Positions 40,931 to 50,048 of a DNA stretch of 64,000 bases are shown here, in pieces. The stretch comes from Dehalococcoidia bacterium (GTDB lineage: Bacteria > Chloroflexota > Dehalococcoidia > Lucifugimonadales > VXLM01), in contig OY759598.1 of NCBI GenBank assembly GCA_963662435.1, forward strand, positions 1,520,507 through 1,584,506. The letters run 5' to 3'. Position 1 is the stretch's first letter, and each line of letters starts with the position of its first letter. Position numbers and translations under genes: made by a program. The notes under the pieces were generated by a model. That model saw only the letters and a list, made by a program, of their open reading frames with translations. It was not told the origin of the DNA and did no database searches.

Positions 40931-42115
40931 TCACGCCGCTTTCCCGTCGCGGACCACATCGGCGGCCCACGACGCAAGGTCGTCGCAGTTCAGCCGCTCG
41001 GCGTTGGGGACGTCGCAGTCGTCCAGCGACATGATCCTGCGGCTTTCCCGCGCGCCGTACGCCGCGTCCAGCTTCGACAGGTGGCACGACAGGGCCAACG
41101 CCGCCTTGTCGTCCTGCGGCTTCTCAACGGGCTCACGGAAGGCATTGGCGAGGCTGCGCGGCTGTCGCGACCCTGCTTCGACCAGCATCAGGTTGGCATA
41201 GGCGTAAGGCGCGGTGGAGCCGAGCTTCGCTCCCGGCGACACGGTTGCGATCAGGTGAATGAGGTGCTCGACCACTTTTGCCGCAAGCTCGCGGTCGGCG
41301 GCCTGCCAATCTCCCGCCTTACAGCCCTCCAGGTTGGAAATCAGCCCCGGCACGTCCACCACGACGTAGCCGTAGTAGAGGCCGGCGGTGAGTTCGACGT
41401 CGCCGATGTGGTCGGCTCCGGGGTCATCCTCGGCGGGCTGCAAGTCGTCCACGACGGAGAAGTAGTCGCTCTCGGACTCTTCCGGGTGTACGGTGAAGGC
41501 GTGGGCGACGTGGACGGCGGCGTCGATGTTGGCGGCGGGGTCGGACGTCACCATCCTGCCGAATAGCGCGCCGATCAGTCCGCCCGGCAAGGCGGCGCTC
41601 TGCCTGAACGCGCGGAAGTTCTCGCGCTGCTCGTTGGAGCGCCGGTCGCTGAACAGCAGTTTTGCGGCCTCAACCGCGGCGTCAGCGTCTTCGACATGCG
41701 CTTCACATATGGCCTTCGCGTGGACCTGGAGATATTCAACTTCGGGCAGTCCGAGCAGAAGGGGCTGCCGTCCGCTTCTGGTTGTTCCACTGGAGCCGTA
41801 CACGCCCTTTTGGAATTCTTCCTCCACTGAGTTGAGAAGATCGTCGGAGTAGTTGCCTGATTCGCGGAGCGGCTGCATAACGCTGCGCGTCACAATTTCC
41901 CGCGAGCGTACGGCGTCTTGCGAACCGTCGATGTTGCCCACCGAGAACTCGTCATTCGCCATGCGCCAGTGTCGCTTGAGGCACTGCGATGAAACGCGCG
42001 TCCGGGTGACACCGCCGAACGGCATCCGCTTGGCAAGGCCACTGTCGTCGCGGTTCAGCAGTGCGGCAGGGTAGGAATGCAGCGTGTGGATCTGTAGGAA
42101 TCTTGGTGTGGTCAT
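40931..42115 (-). CDS. cas7e: Cas7e (Cse4)
   Basis: FLQIHTLHSY...LNRDDSG.AK...R.RVSSQCLKR, ALFGRM, AVHVAHAFTVH, DYF.VVDDL. Confidence 0.95.
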   Translation of the reverse strand: MTTPRFLQIHTLHSYPAALLNRDDSGLAKRMPFGGVTRTRVSSQCLKRHWRMANDEFSVGNIDGSQDAVRSREIVTRSVMQPLRESGNYSDDLLNSVEEEFQKGVYGSSGTTRSGRQPLLLGLPEVEYLQVHAKAICEAHVEDADAAVEAAKLLFSDRRSNEQRENFRAFRQSAALPGGLIGALFGRMVTSDPAANIDAAVHVAHAFTVHPEESESDYFSVVDDLQPAEDDPGADHIGDVELTAGLYYGYVVVDVPGLISNLEGCKAGDWQAADRELAAKVVEHLIHLIATVSPGAKLGSTAPYAYANLMLVEAGSRQPRSLANAFREPVEKPQDDKAALALSCHLSKLDAAYGARESRRIMSLDDCDVPNAERLNCDDLASWAADVVRDGKAA

Positions 42116-42140
42116 ATCGTTTCTCCTTGTTGTGGGTTTG

Positions 42141-42758
42141 CTATTCGTTTTCTGCGGTGTCGGATTGCGATCTATACTGAGCTTGGAAGTACTCACTTGC
42201 GATGCGACGGCGCGCGATTTCGGTTGATTTTTCAAAGTCCCCTTCATCCCGAATCAAGCTTGCCATTTCTTTCCAGTCGAAAGACACGTTTGAGGCGGCC
42301 AGCATCCGGAACGTCCTGGCCAGCAGTGAACGAAACATTGGCCCTCGCGCGGTCAAGAGACGGTTGAGGCGAATCTCGCTGTAGAAGCCCTTCTCCCTAG
42401 TATCAGCGTCCCCAAGGTACAACGCTCGCCCCACCGACGTATAAGGATCGTGAGCGTAACGCGTGTTCCCATCCCCTCGACTTGTCGGCGTCATCAAGGC
42501 AATTCCATGCAAGATCAGACCCCACTTCCGTTCAACTTTGCGGCCCCTGAACCGATCTTCATGCTGGACCATTATTTTCCAGAAGACGGGCACATCGTAA
42601 GCGTCCGGGTCCATTCGGCGGAGCTCGGCGAGGTCACCGGGCCTATACAGTTTTGGAGATGCTAGTTCTTGCGCAACATCGACAGCGACTTCACCCCAAC
42701 TCTTAAGTTGTTCCTGCTGTGTTAATGCGGCGTTCCCCGGTGGATTAGTGGTCATCAT
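42141..42758 (-). CDS. cse2: Cas11 (Cse2) small subunit
   Basis: GDLAELRR, SEIRLNRLL, FDW, RIA.EYF; lies between cas8e and cas7. Confidence 0.85.
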   Translation of the reverse strand: MMTTNPPGNAALTQQEQLKSWGEVAVDVAQELASPKLYRPGDLAELRRMDPDAYDVPVFWKIMVQHEDRFRGRKVERKWGLILHGIALMTPTSRGDGNTRYAHDPYTSVGRALYLGDADTREKGFYSEIRLNRLLTARGPMFRSLLARTFRMLAASNVSFDWKEMASLIRDEGDFEKSTEIARRRIASEYFQAQYRSQSDTAENE

Positions 42759-44316
42759 CGTCTCCTTTCTCGGTGAATAAGGATGGCAGGCCCTTGTTGC
42801 CACGTATGCGGCCCTCGAACAGTCCTTCGGCACGGACACGGGCCTTGTAGCGCTCGATCTCGGGACAGGGGAGGGAGTCCATGGCGTCGTCCAGGAACTC
42901 GCGGGCATGGTCCACCACGTCCCTCTGCCAGTTATTGCGGATATGCTGCCGTTCATCCCTGTCATCGGCCTCGAATTCCTCTTGCAGGTGTTCGAAGAAT
43001 CGGGCATCTACGGTCTCGTCCAGCCTATTCAGCCAGAGACGTGCAAGATTTCGATGCTCCGGGCTAATCTTGTCGGTCTCGCCTCTGGCCAAGAACACTT
43101 GGATCGCGTGGCTGAGTATTCGTTGGACCTTACCGACATCCTCGATGCGATCATTGGCGATACGACCAAGATCGTCCGTTCCGGGGCCTTGCCGCATCAT
43201 CGCCGACCCCAGTTTCTTCCGTATTGGAATCGTGCGCTCGTAGTAGCCCTCCGTCTTCCCTTGCCCCCGCACCATCCCACGCGCGACGAGGTGCATCGTG
43301 TCTGAAGAGCGTATTTCCTCATCCGTCAGCTTGCACAGGATCGGACGATCCCAGCCGCCTACCAGATACTCCACCGTTCGCTTGTACGTAAAGCCCCCGG
43401 CGGCCAGTGTCAGGGATTTGCCGTTACTGCGGTCAACGGGAGTCCACGGATCGCCAGTAACGCCGTTGAGCGCCTTGGCCTCGATGCGCGCCTCCTTGGC
43501 GGTTGCCTTGACAGCACTGAGCTTTCCGTCGGCACTGACGCGAAACCGTATCCGTCGGCAGACCTCGATGTAGAGAGGATCGAGTTGCTTTAGGAGCAAC
43601 GCCTCTGGCTTTGTTCCGTCCCAGGGTTGCATCCAGAGAAGTTGGGCGCCACCGTCCTGCATGGGGAAGTTGTCAAGCAAGTCCTCGTAAAGCTCCAGGA
43701 GCACCATGATGTCACGACGGACGTGGGCACCGAATCGAGTGGATGGCGTGAGACTAAACGCGGGACGATTTCCATAAGCGCCATTCATTCGCGCTATACC
43801 GGGGTTTCGTCCTGGGTTGCCATCCATAGTTTGCAAGGTAATCAACGAGTAAATCCAGTCGTCGATCTGTCCCAGCCCAGCTGAGAACCTCTTGACGTCA
43901 TGATTCTTGGCCATGACAAGCATATCCAACTCATCAGGAGTTTCGATCCCATCTTTGTACTCCGCCAGTTTGTCTTCGAAAGACGCCGGCGGCTGGATAA
44001 AAGCAGGCTTGGTGATGTCGTTCACCACGAGTTGCCACGGTTCATCGTCGGGGAAGTCGGCGGTCAGTGCGCGTATGAGATCGGTCCAGATATCGGGGTC
44101 CGCTGGGGGTTCGGTCATGCCCGCCTTGTGCATGGCCATTGCTCCGAGCTGTACGAGGAAGGCGTGCCATGAGTGGCGTTGGTGCGGACGGAGGGCAGGG
44201 AAGGCTTCCACTTCGTCGGCCATGAGCGCGGCGTAGACCGCCGGCAAAGACGCTTCGACACGAGAACCGTCGGATTTGTCCATCCGAATCAAGCGTTCGG
44301 TCAGGATGTTGTACAT
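42745..44316 (-). CDS. cse1: Cas8e (Cse1) large subunit
   Basis: YNILTE.LI, LRPHQ..W.AFLVQL, PAF.QP, YIEVCRRIR, DPW; operon position. Confidence 0.9.
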   Translation of the reverse strand: MYNILTERLIRMDKSDGSRVEASLPAVYAALMADEVEAFPALRPHQRHSWHAFLVQLGAMAMHKAGMTEPPADPDIWTDLIRALTADFPDDEPWQLVVNDITKPAFIQPPASFEDKLAEYKDGIETPDELDMLVMAKNHDVKRFSAGLGQIDDWIYSLITLQTMDGNPGRNPGIARMNGAYGNRPAFSLTPSTRFGAHVRRDIMVLLELYEDLLDNFPMQDGGAQLLWMQPWDGTKPEALLLKQLDPLYIEVCRRIRFRVSADGKLSAVKATAKEARIEAKALNGVTGDPWTPVDRSNGKSLTLAAGGFTYKRTVEYLVGGWDRPILCKLTDEEIRSSDTMHLVARGMVRGQGKTEGYYERTIPIRKKLGSAMMRQGPGTDDLGRIANDRIEDVGKVQRILSHAIQVFLARGETDKISPEHRNLARLWLNRLDETVDARFFEHLQEEFEADDRDERQHIRNNWQRDVVDHAREFLDDAMDSLPCPEIERYKARVRAEGLFEGRIRGNKGLPSLFTEKGDDDDH

Positions 44317-44364
44317 AGGCCAGATTCTCCTTACCGCTCATTCGTTCCAAGGAACGGGCGTGCT

Positions 44365-44393
44365 ATTTTACAGGTAGTCTTTGGACCTGTCAA
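44365..44393 (-). promoter_or_regulatory. Sigma70-type promoter for the cas8e-cas2 operon
   Basis: TTGACA (44393-44388), 17 nt, TAAAAT (44370-44365); lies in the 3' end of the 59-aa ORF. Confidence 0.75.
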
Positions 44394-44547
44394 ACCTTTG
44401 TTCCACTTTAGAGGCAAGTATCTCGATCATGGACCGGATAGTCCTGCACTCATAGCTGAGGTTGTCGTACCTATCTTTGGCTTTGGCGAGTTGCGCTTCT
44501 TTGCTCCGCAAGATATTCTCAAGTTGATGGGGTGGTGCTTCTGTCAT
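44368..44547 (-). CDS. 59-aa orphan protein MTEAPPHQLENILRSKEAQLAKAKDRYDNLSYECRTIRSMIEILASKVEQRFDRSKDYL; candidate Cascade-repressed toxin or regulator
   Basis: Translated by hand; RBS AGGGAG 5 nt before ATG; has its own promoter; coiled-coil-like; absent from the ORF track. Confidence 0.65.
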   Translation of the reverse strand: MTEAPPHQLENILRSKEAQLAKAKDRYDNLSYECRTIRSMIEILASKVEQRFDRSKDYL

Positions 44548-44586
44548 ATCATCTCCCTGGTTTGGTATAGTTCAGTTAATACAGGC

Positions 44587-44615
44587 ATTATAGAAAGTTC
44601 TCTGCCCAGAGTCAA
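44587..44615 (-). promoter_or_regulatory. Sigma70-type promoter of the 59-aa ORF; predicted target of the mini-array RNA
   Basis: TTGACT (44615-44610), 17 nt, TATAAT (44592-44587). Confidence 0.8.
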
Positions 44616-44618
44616 GGG

Positions 44619-44695
44619 ACATCTCTCGCCCATGCGAGAATAGACCCGCCTGTACCAACCGAACGCAGGTTCCTCCGCACACGCGGAGTCTCTGG
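44619..44695 (+). ncRNA. crRNA-like RNA gene (degenerate repeat, 20-nt spacer, degenerate repeat), CreA/CreR-like
   Basis: ACATCTCTCGCCCATGCGAGAATAGACC-C / GCCTGTACCAACCGAACGCA / GGTTCCTCCGCACACGCGGAGTCTCTGG versus array repeat GGTTCCCCCGCACACGCGGGGATAGACC; both stems keep pairing through compensatory changes. Confidence 0.8.
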
Positions 44696-44716
44696 CCGTT
44701 CGGGGCTGTGCCGCTG

Positions 44717-47374
44717 CTAGGCGCGGCGCAGTCCCATGCGGTCGTACACGAAGCGCTTTTCACCGACGGCGAAGGTGAAGCCGCCATCGGTGGGAGACGG
44801 CCTGACGGATTCAGGCGCATCCCCGTCCGGCATCCAGCGCACGGAGACGGCCAGCTTGTCGATCTTCATCGAGTCGTCGAACGGGCTTTCTTGAGGCGGA
44901 TCAAGGGCTATGTCGATGCGATCGTCGCCAAGCCGTGTCCGTATCCTCTCTTCGTCGCTCACGAACAGCACGTCCCTGTTGTCCTCGAAGAACGACTTGC
45001 CGCGCTTGATGGTGTGGCCTCGAGCGTGCAGATCGTCCGCTATATCGCCGCCCTCGGTGTTCAGGGCGTGTACCTGCCAGTCCTCGTCCATCTCCTCTGC
45101 GATGGCGCTCAGCGCGTCGGGATGGGTCGCGCACTCGACGAGCATTCGGTTCATGTCGGGGATGCGCCACTCGGGATGTTCGTCGATGAGCCGCCGCGTG
45201 GCCTCAAGTATGCTGAGGCTACCGTACACATAACCCTTTGGCCCCAAGCCGTTGGCGTGTTTGCCGTCGGTCAGTAGGGGCGTGAGGTTGTTGTCGGGGG
45301 GCGTGAGGACAATGCAAGTGGGCTTCTTGTAGCTGGTGGGCCTGTTCGGGTCGTTGTTCTTGTGTCGGTGGAGGCGGCCGATGCGCTGGAGGAGAACGTC
45401 TACGGGGCACAGGTCGGTTATGAGCAGGTCAGCGTCGATGTCGAGGGACTGTTCGAGCGTCTGGGTGCCGACGACGACGCGGCCTCCGGGCTCCCGGCCC
45501 TTGCCGAGCAGCCGCTCTACGCGCTTATCGAGCATCGCGCGGTCGCAGGCGGCGAACCGCCCGTGATGCAGCGTCGTCTTCCCCTTGACGTCGAACAGCA
45601 ACTCCCCTTCGTCGTCTTCGGCGAGTTCTTCCAGCGCTTGCTGCGTCTTCACCGCGTGGTCAACGGTGTTGCGAACGACCAGCACCTTTGCGTCGGCGCG
45701 TGCGGCGGTTAGGGCGCGTTGGGCAGCGTCCTTGAAGTCGCGCATGGTGGGACTCGCCTTGATGGACACGCTCTTTTTCTGGTCGTTCTCGCCCGCGGGC
45801 ACGAGGTCCTCGCCCTCGCCGCTTGGCGTGCTGACGGCGGGGTATCGAGCGTGAATGGCCTCATCGAGAGGGGGACCGCCGCCGTCGGTCCTCTTCCCGT
45901 GATGCAGCCAGCGATGGCGAGCGGTGGAACCGAGCGTTGCCGACATGAGCAGAGCGTAGCCACCCGCGCCGACGTGGGCGTCGAGCAGCGCTTCGAGAAT
46001 GACGCTCATGTAGGTATCGGATGCGTGCACCTCATCGACGACGAGAAGATTCCGCGCAAGGCAGGCGGCACGCATGTGGGCGTTCTTGACCTGGAGCGCG
46101 CCCATCATCGCTTGGTCTACCGTACCGACCGCGATCTGCGCGGCGAGGTATCGCTTTGGGTTGCTCGACGCCCATGGTCTTTCGTCGTCATGGTGACCGG
46201 ACGCTGCATAGTTGTATTCGGGCATCTCGACACGAGCGGAGCTTACACCGGGTTCGTAGCCGGGGACCGCGAACACAACAGGAGGAGTCTTTTCCGGGAA
46301 GAGTTTAGCAGTGAAGCGCTTAACCCGTTCGTGTATCTGGACGGCGGCGGAGCGAGTTGGGAGGGCGAAGTAGAGGCCGTCCACCAGTCCTTTCTTGTAC
46401 ATGCGGGCGAACCGCCAGAGCGCGGCCTCGGTCTTGCCGGAGCCGGTCTCTGACTCGATGATGAGGAGGCGTTGATCGAGCGGGGTTTGGCGAACGGTCT
46501 CCTGTATCGCGTTCGGGAAACCGTCAATGTTGAACAGATTCCCGAATTCGGGTACGTCCTTGAAGTCGCATCTTTGGTCGGACAGGTCGAGTCCTATCGC
46601 GTCGATGGCTTGCTTCGCCCGTTTCCTCGCAGTCTCGATATAGTCGTCATGAGGCTGGTCGCAGTATTTGAAATAGCGCTCGTCGGAACCGATCCAGTCG
46701 GCCCAGTTGCAAAGCCCGAGAAACATGTGCTGGAAGTGTGGATCGAATGGCAGCGAAGTCGCGCCGGGCGCGAACGCGGCGGGGAACCATCGGCGAAGCA
46801 GCCGGCCGATACGACGCACGCCGTCCTCTGGCTTCAGGTCGCCGAACTTGCGCCAAATAGCCGGGTTTTCGCTCGGCCCTCCTTCCAGCTGCAAGGGCCT
46901 GCCGTGATGCGACAGCGTGGCGACGAACATTGCGCACACCGTCTCGCCGTCCCTGTCGTCCCAAGTTAGGAAGTCGTCCCAGCCCAGGGCGTCGAAGAAC
47001 CACTCGGCCGTCGCGTAATCCTGATCCGTGAGCACCGGTGTCATATCGGCAGTGTGCCCTGCCCAATGCGGCCTTCGTCTGCCCTGGAAGTCCTCCGGCT
47101 TCCATATCCGCGTCTGAAACCCCATGTTGACCTTGCCGATGTCGTGGAGCGCGGCGAATACGGAGAGGCGGGCAATGAGCGACTCGTCGAGGTCGTCGAG
47201 TCCGCCCGTCGTGGCGAGCCGTTTCCTGATAGTGGGCTGGCGCATCACGGCATCGAAGCACGCGCCAACGTCGGCGAGATGGTGTTCAAGCAGGTGAATG
47301 CGTCCAGGGTCCCTTCGGTCGGACTTCGCCCACTGGTATCGAGTATAAGCCGGGGGCGGCTTTTCTTCCGTCAT
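44717..47374 (-). CDS. cas3: Cas3 HD nuclease-helicase (ORF intact; native RBS displaced by an IS)
   Basis: WAKS, HL.DV, HDIGK, SHHG, ADWIGS, TGSGKTEAA, DEVH, MSAT, QRIGRLHR. Confidence 0.95.
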   Translation of the reverse strand: MTEEKPPPAYTRYQWAKSDRRDPGRIHLLEHHLADVGACFDAVMRQPTIRKRLATTGGLDDLDESLIARLSVFAALHDIGKVNMGFQTRIWKPEDFQGRRRPHWAGHTADMTPVLTDQDYATAEWFFDALGWDDFLTWDDRDGETVCAMFVATLSHHGRPLQLEGGPSENPAIWRKFGDLKPEDGVRRIGRLLRRWFPAAFAPGATSLPFDPHFQHMFLGLCNWADWIGSDERYFKYCDQPHDDYIETARKRAKQAIDAIGLDLSDQRCDFKDVPEFGNLFNIDGFPNAIQETVRQTPLDQRLLIIESETGSGKTEAALWRFARMYKKGLVDGLYFALPTRSAAVQIHERVKRFTAKLFPEKTPPVVFAVPGYEPGVSSARVEMPEYNYAASGHHDDERPWASSNPKRYLAAQIAVGTVDQAMMGALQVKNAHMRAACLARNLLVVDEVHASDTYMSVILEALLDAHVGAGGYALLMSATLGSTARHRWLHHGKRTDGGGPPLDEAIHARYPAVSTPSGEGEDLVPAGENDQKKSVSIKASPTMRDFKDAAQRALTAARADAKVLVVRNTVDHAVKTQQALEELAEDDEGELLFDVKGKTTLHHGRFAACDRAMLDKRVERLLGKGREPGGRVVVGTQTLEQSLDIDADLLITDLCPVDVLLQRIGRLHRHKNNDPNRPTSYKKPTCIVLTPPDNNLTPLLTDGKHANGLGPKGYVYGSLSILEATRRLIDEHPEWRIPDMNRMLVECATHPDALSAIAEEMDEDWQVHALNTEGGDIADDLHARGHTIKRGKSFFEDNRDVLFVSDEERIRTRLGDDRIDIALDPPQESPFDDSMKIDKLAVSVRWMPDGDAPESVRPSPTDGGFTFAVGEKRFVYDRMGLRRA

Positions 47375-47377
47375 CTA

Positions 47378-48611
47378 GTGGTTCAACTTTTTTGTATTGA
47401 TGGGTAGAGTGACTTTAGTTTGATGCGGGCATCCTCGGTGGTGAAGCGCCAGTCCACTCGTATCACATCCCGGTTGCGTCGATTCTGCCATGCATTGACC
47501 TCGCCGCACAGGATGTCTTGGTCGGCAATACGGCGGTCCAGACATTGCCGAGACAGTACGCCGATTTCTATCTCCGCCATATTCAGCCAACTGCCGTGTT
47601 TCGGAGTGTAGTGTATCTCCAATCTCTCAGCGATACGTCTCGCCTCTGAAGGCTCGAACGCCTCGTAGAGCGATGACAGCTTGTGGGTGTTGAGATTGTC
47701 CATCACCAGCACGATCCGCTCTCTGTCTGCATAGTCCTCATCGACCAGTTGCTTTATCACATGCGCCCAGTCCACTTTGGTACGACGCTCCCTGACCTCG
47801 ACTCGGCGCCATCCGTCCAACGGTGCAAACAGCACGAACAGGCTGCTCACCCCATTGCGCTCGTATTCGTAGTCGTAGGCCGCCGATACGCCGGGCGCTG
47901 CCGAACGCGGCACTCGCGTCTCCTTGACCTGCTGCTTGCTCGTCTCATCCATGCACACCAGCGCCTCATTATCGTCATACGAACGCTGGTATGTATCCAG
48001 CACGTCTTCCATTGCGCACACAAACTCGGCGCTCTGACCGGGCGGGATGCACCAACTTTGCTTCAACCACGGCTTGAGTTCGTTTTTTTCAACACCCTCC
48101 GTACCGTCTCGGTGCTGATGGTCTCAACGATCTCACTCTCCACCAATTGCTCAGCCAACAGCTTGAGAGTCCAGCTCACACGACCATCCGGCGGTTCGCT
48201 ACAAGCTATCGCTACCAGGTGGGCTTCACCTTCGCCGTCCAGTCTCTTTTGGCGCCGACGCAACTGCTCTTTGCGATTCAGCGCCGACTCGATCCCCTCC
48301 TCCACACAGCGCTTGCGTATACGCTCGACCGTTGACTGTCCCACTCCGAGCGCGCTGGTAATGTCCGCGTCCTTCATTCCCCCGTCCGAGCGTGACTCAT
48401 CGCTCATCAGCAGAATGCGCGCATGCGTCTGTTTGTACGCCGCAGCCCGACCGCGTGAGACCAAGGCGTTGAGTTCCTGTTGTTCGTCGGTAGTCAGTCT
48501 GATACGGTACTTCTTGGTTGACATGGTGATTCCTCCTCCACTCAATCGTATGATTGAGCCTCTCGGAGGAATATGCCCTTTCAGACCTTCATTTCAACAA
48601 TGTTCGACCAC
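47378..48611 (-). mobile_element. IS630-family insertion sequence
   Basis: TA duplication at 47376-77 and 48612-13; imperfect TIRs GTGGTTCAACTTTTTTG / GTGGTCGAACATTGTTG; two-ORF transposase. Confidence 0.92.
47383..48524 (-). CDS. IS630 transposase (HTH orfA 48063-48524 plus DDE orfB 47383-48066, probably joined by a -1 frameshift)
   Basis: CMDE, VMDNLNTH, PKHGSWLNMAEIE; slippery A7C run near 48082-48089. Confidence 0.9.
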
Positions 48612-48674
48612 TAGGTGTTCCTCTCTTGTCTCATAAGTAGCATCCCCCATGCAGGCAACGGTTGATGCAGGTAG

Positions 48675-49253
<579 letters not shown>

Positions 49254-49762
49254 GGGCGGGCGTAAGTCTCGTGTGACTGGCGACTAATTCTGAATCGATA
49301 TTCCCCGAGGTTATAGGATCTTCACCCGCTGCCGCGTAGCCACATCCAACTTCATAATGAACAGTCTTCTCATGTAATCGTTTCTTCATCCCCTTGATGC
49401 GTTCTAGAGGGCTCTTCCACTCAACCGTTGGATGGGTTCTCCCTACTATCGAATCAGGCCAGTCGATTTGCTTGAAGTCCCACTTCCCACGTATACCTGA
49501 GTTTTTGGTCTCGATTGGATAACCGATATGTTCAAAGGCAGGCAATGTTATGAACATCGAAGGCATGAAAATCCCGATTGATAAGGTCGGGGGTGGGAAG
49601 CAATACGGCTGAGTCTCAGCGAAGGACTGATATGTCGAACTAAGCACAGGGTTTTATGACCGAAGTAGTCGAGGTTCCGTCACGGGGTTATCACGTGAAC
49701 AGGCATTGACGCTCGCCCATGCCTTGCGAACCGTCGCATCGACATTGCCTTGATAATGAACC

Positions 49763-49960
49763 CTAAGGTGTTCGACGTGGCGCTTCCGCCTGTGCCGCCT
49801 TAATTGCTCGACGATAGTTACCTTCACTCGTGAAGAACCCGCCGCGTGGGGGTGGGTTTGTCAACGGGTAATCCGTGTGAACATTAGTAGTACCATCAAT
49901 ACCTACTGACGTGAGTTCATAGTGATCGTTGCGTCGAATGATAAATCGTTTAGGCCACAT
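49763..49960 (-). CDS. Hypothetical 65-aa protein with its own promoter and operator-like inverted repeat
   Basis: RBS AGGAG; upstream TACAAT flanked by TGTGAGGT-N10-ACCTCACA. Confidence 0.5.
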   Translation of the reverse strand: MWPKRFIIRRNDHYELTSVGIDGTTNVHTDYPLTNPPPRGGFFTSEGNYRRAIKAAQAEAPRRTP

Positions 49961-50048
49961 GAAGCTCTCCTGTGAGGTATTGTACTGAACCTCACACAAG
50001 GGGAGCAAGCAAGATAATTTCAAATCCGATCACTACCCACCATCCGGC

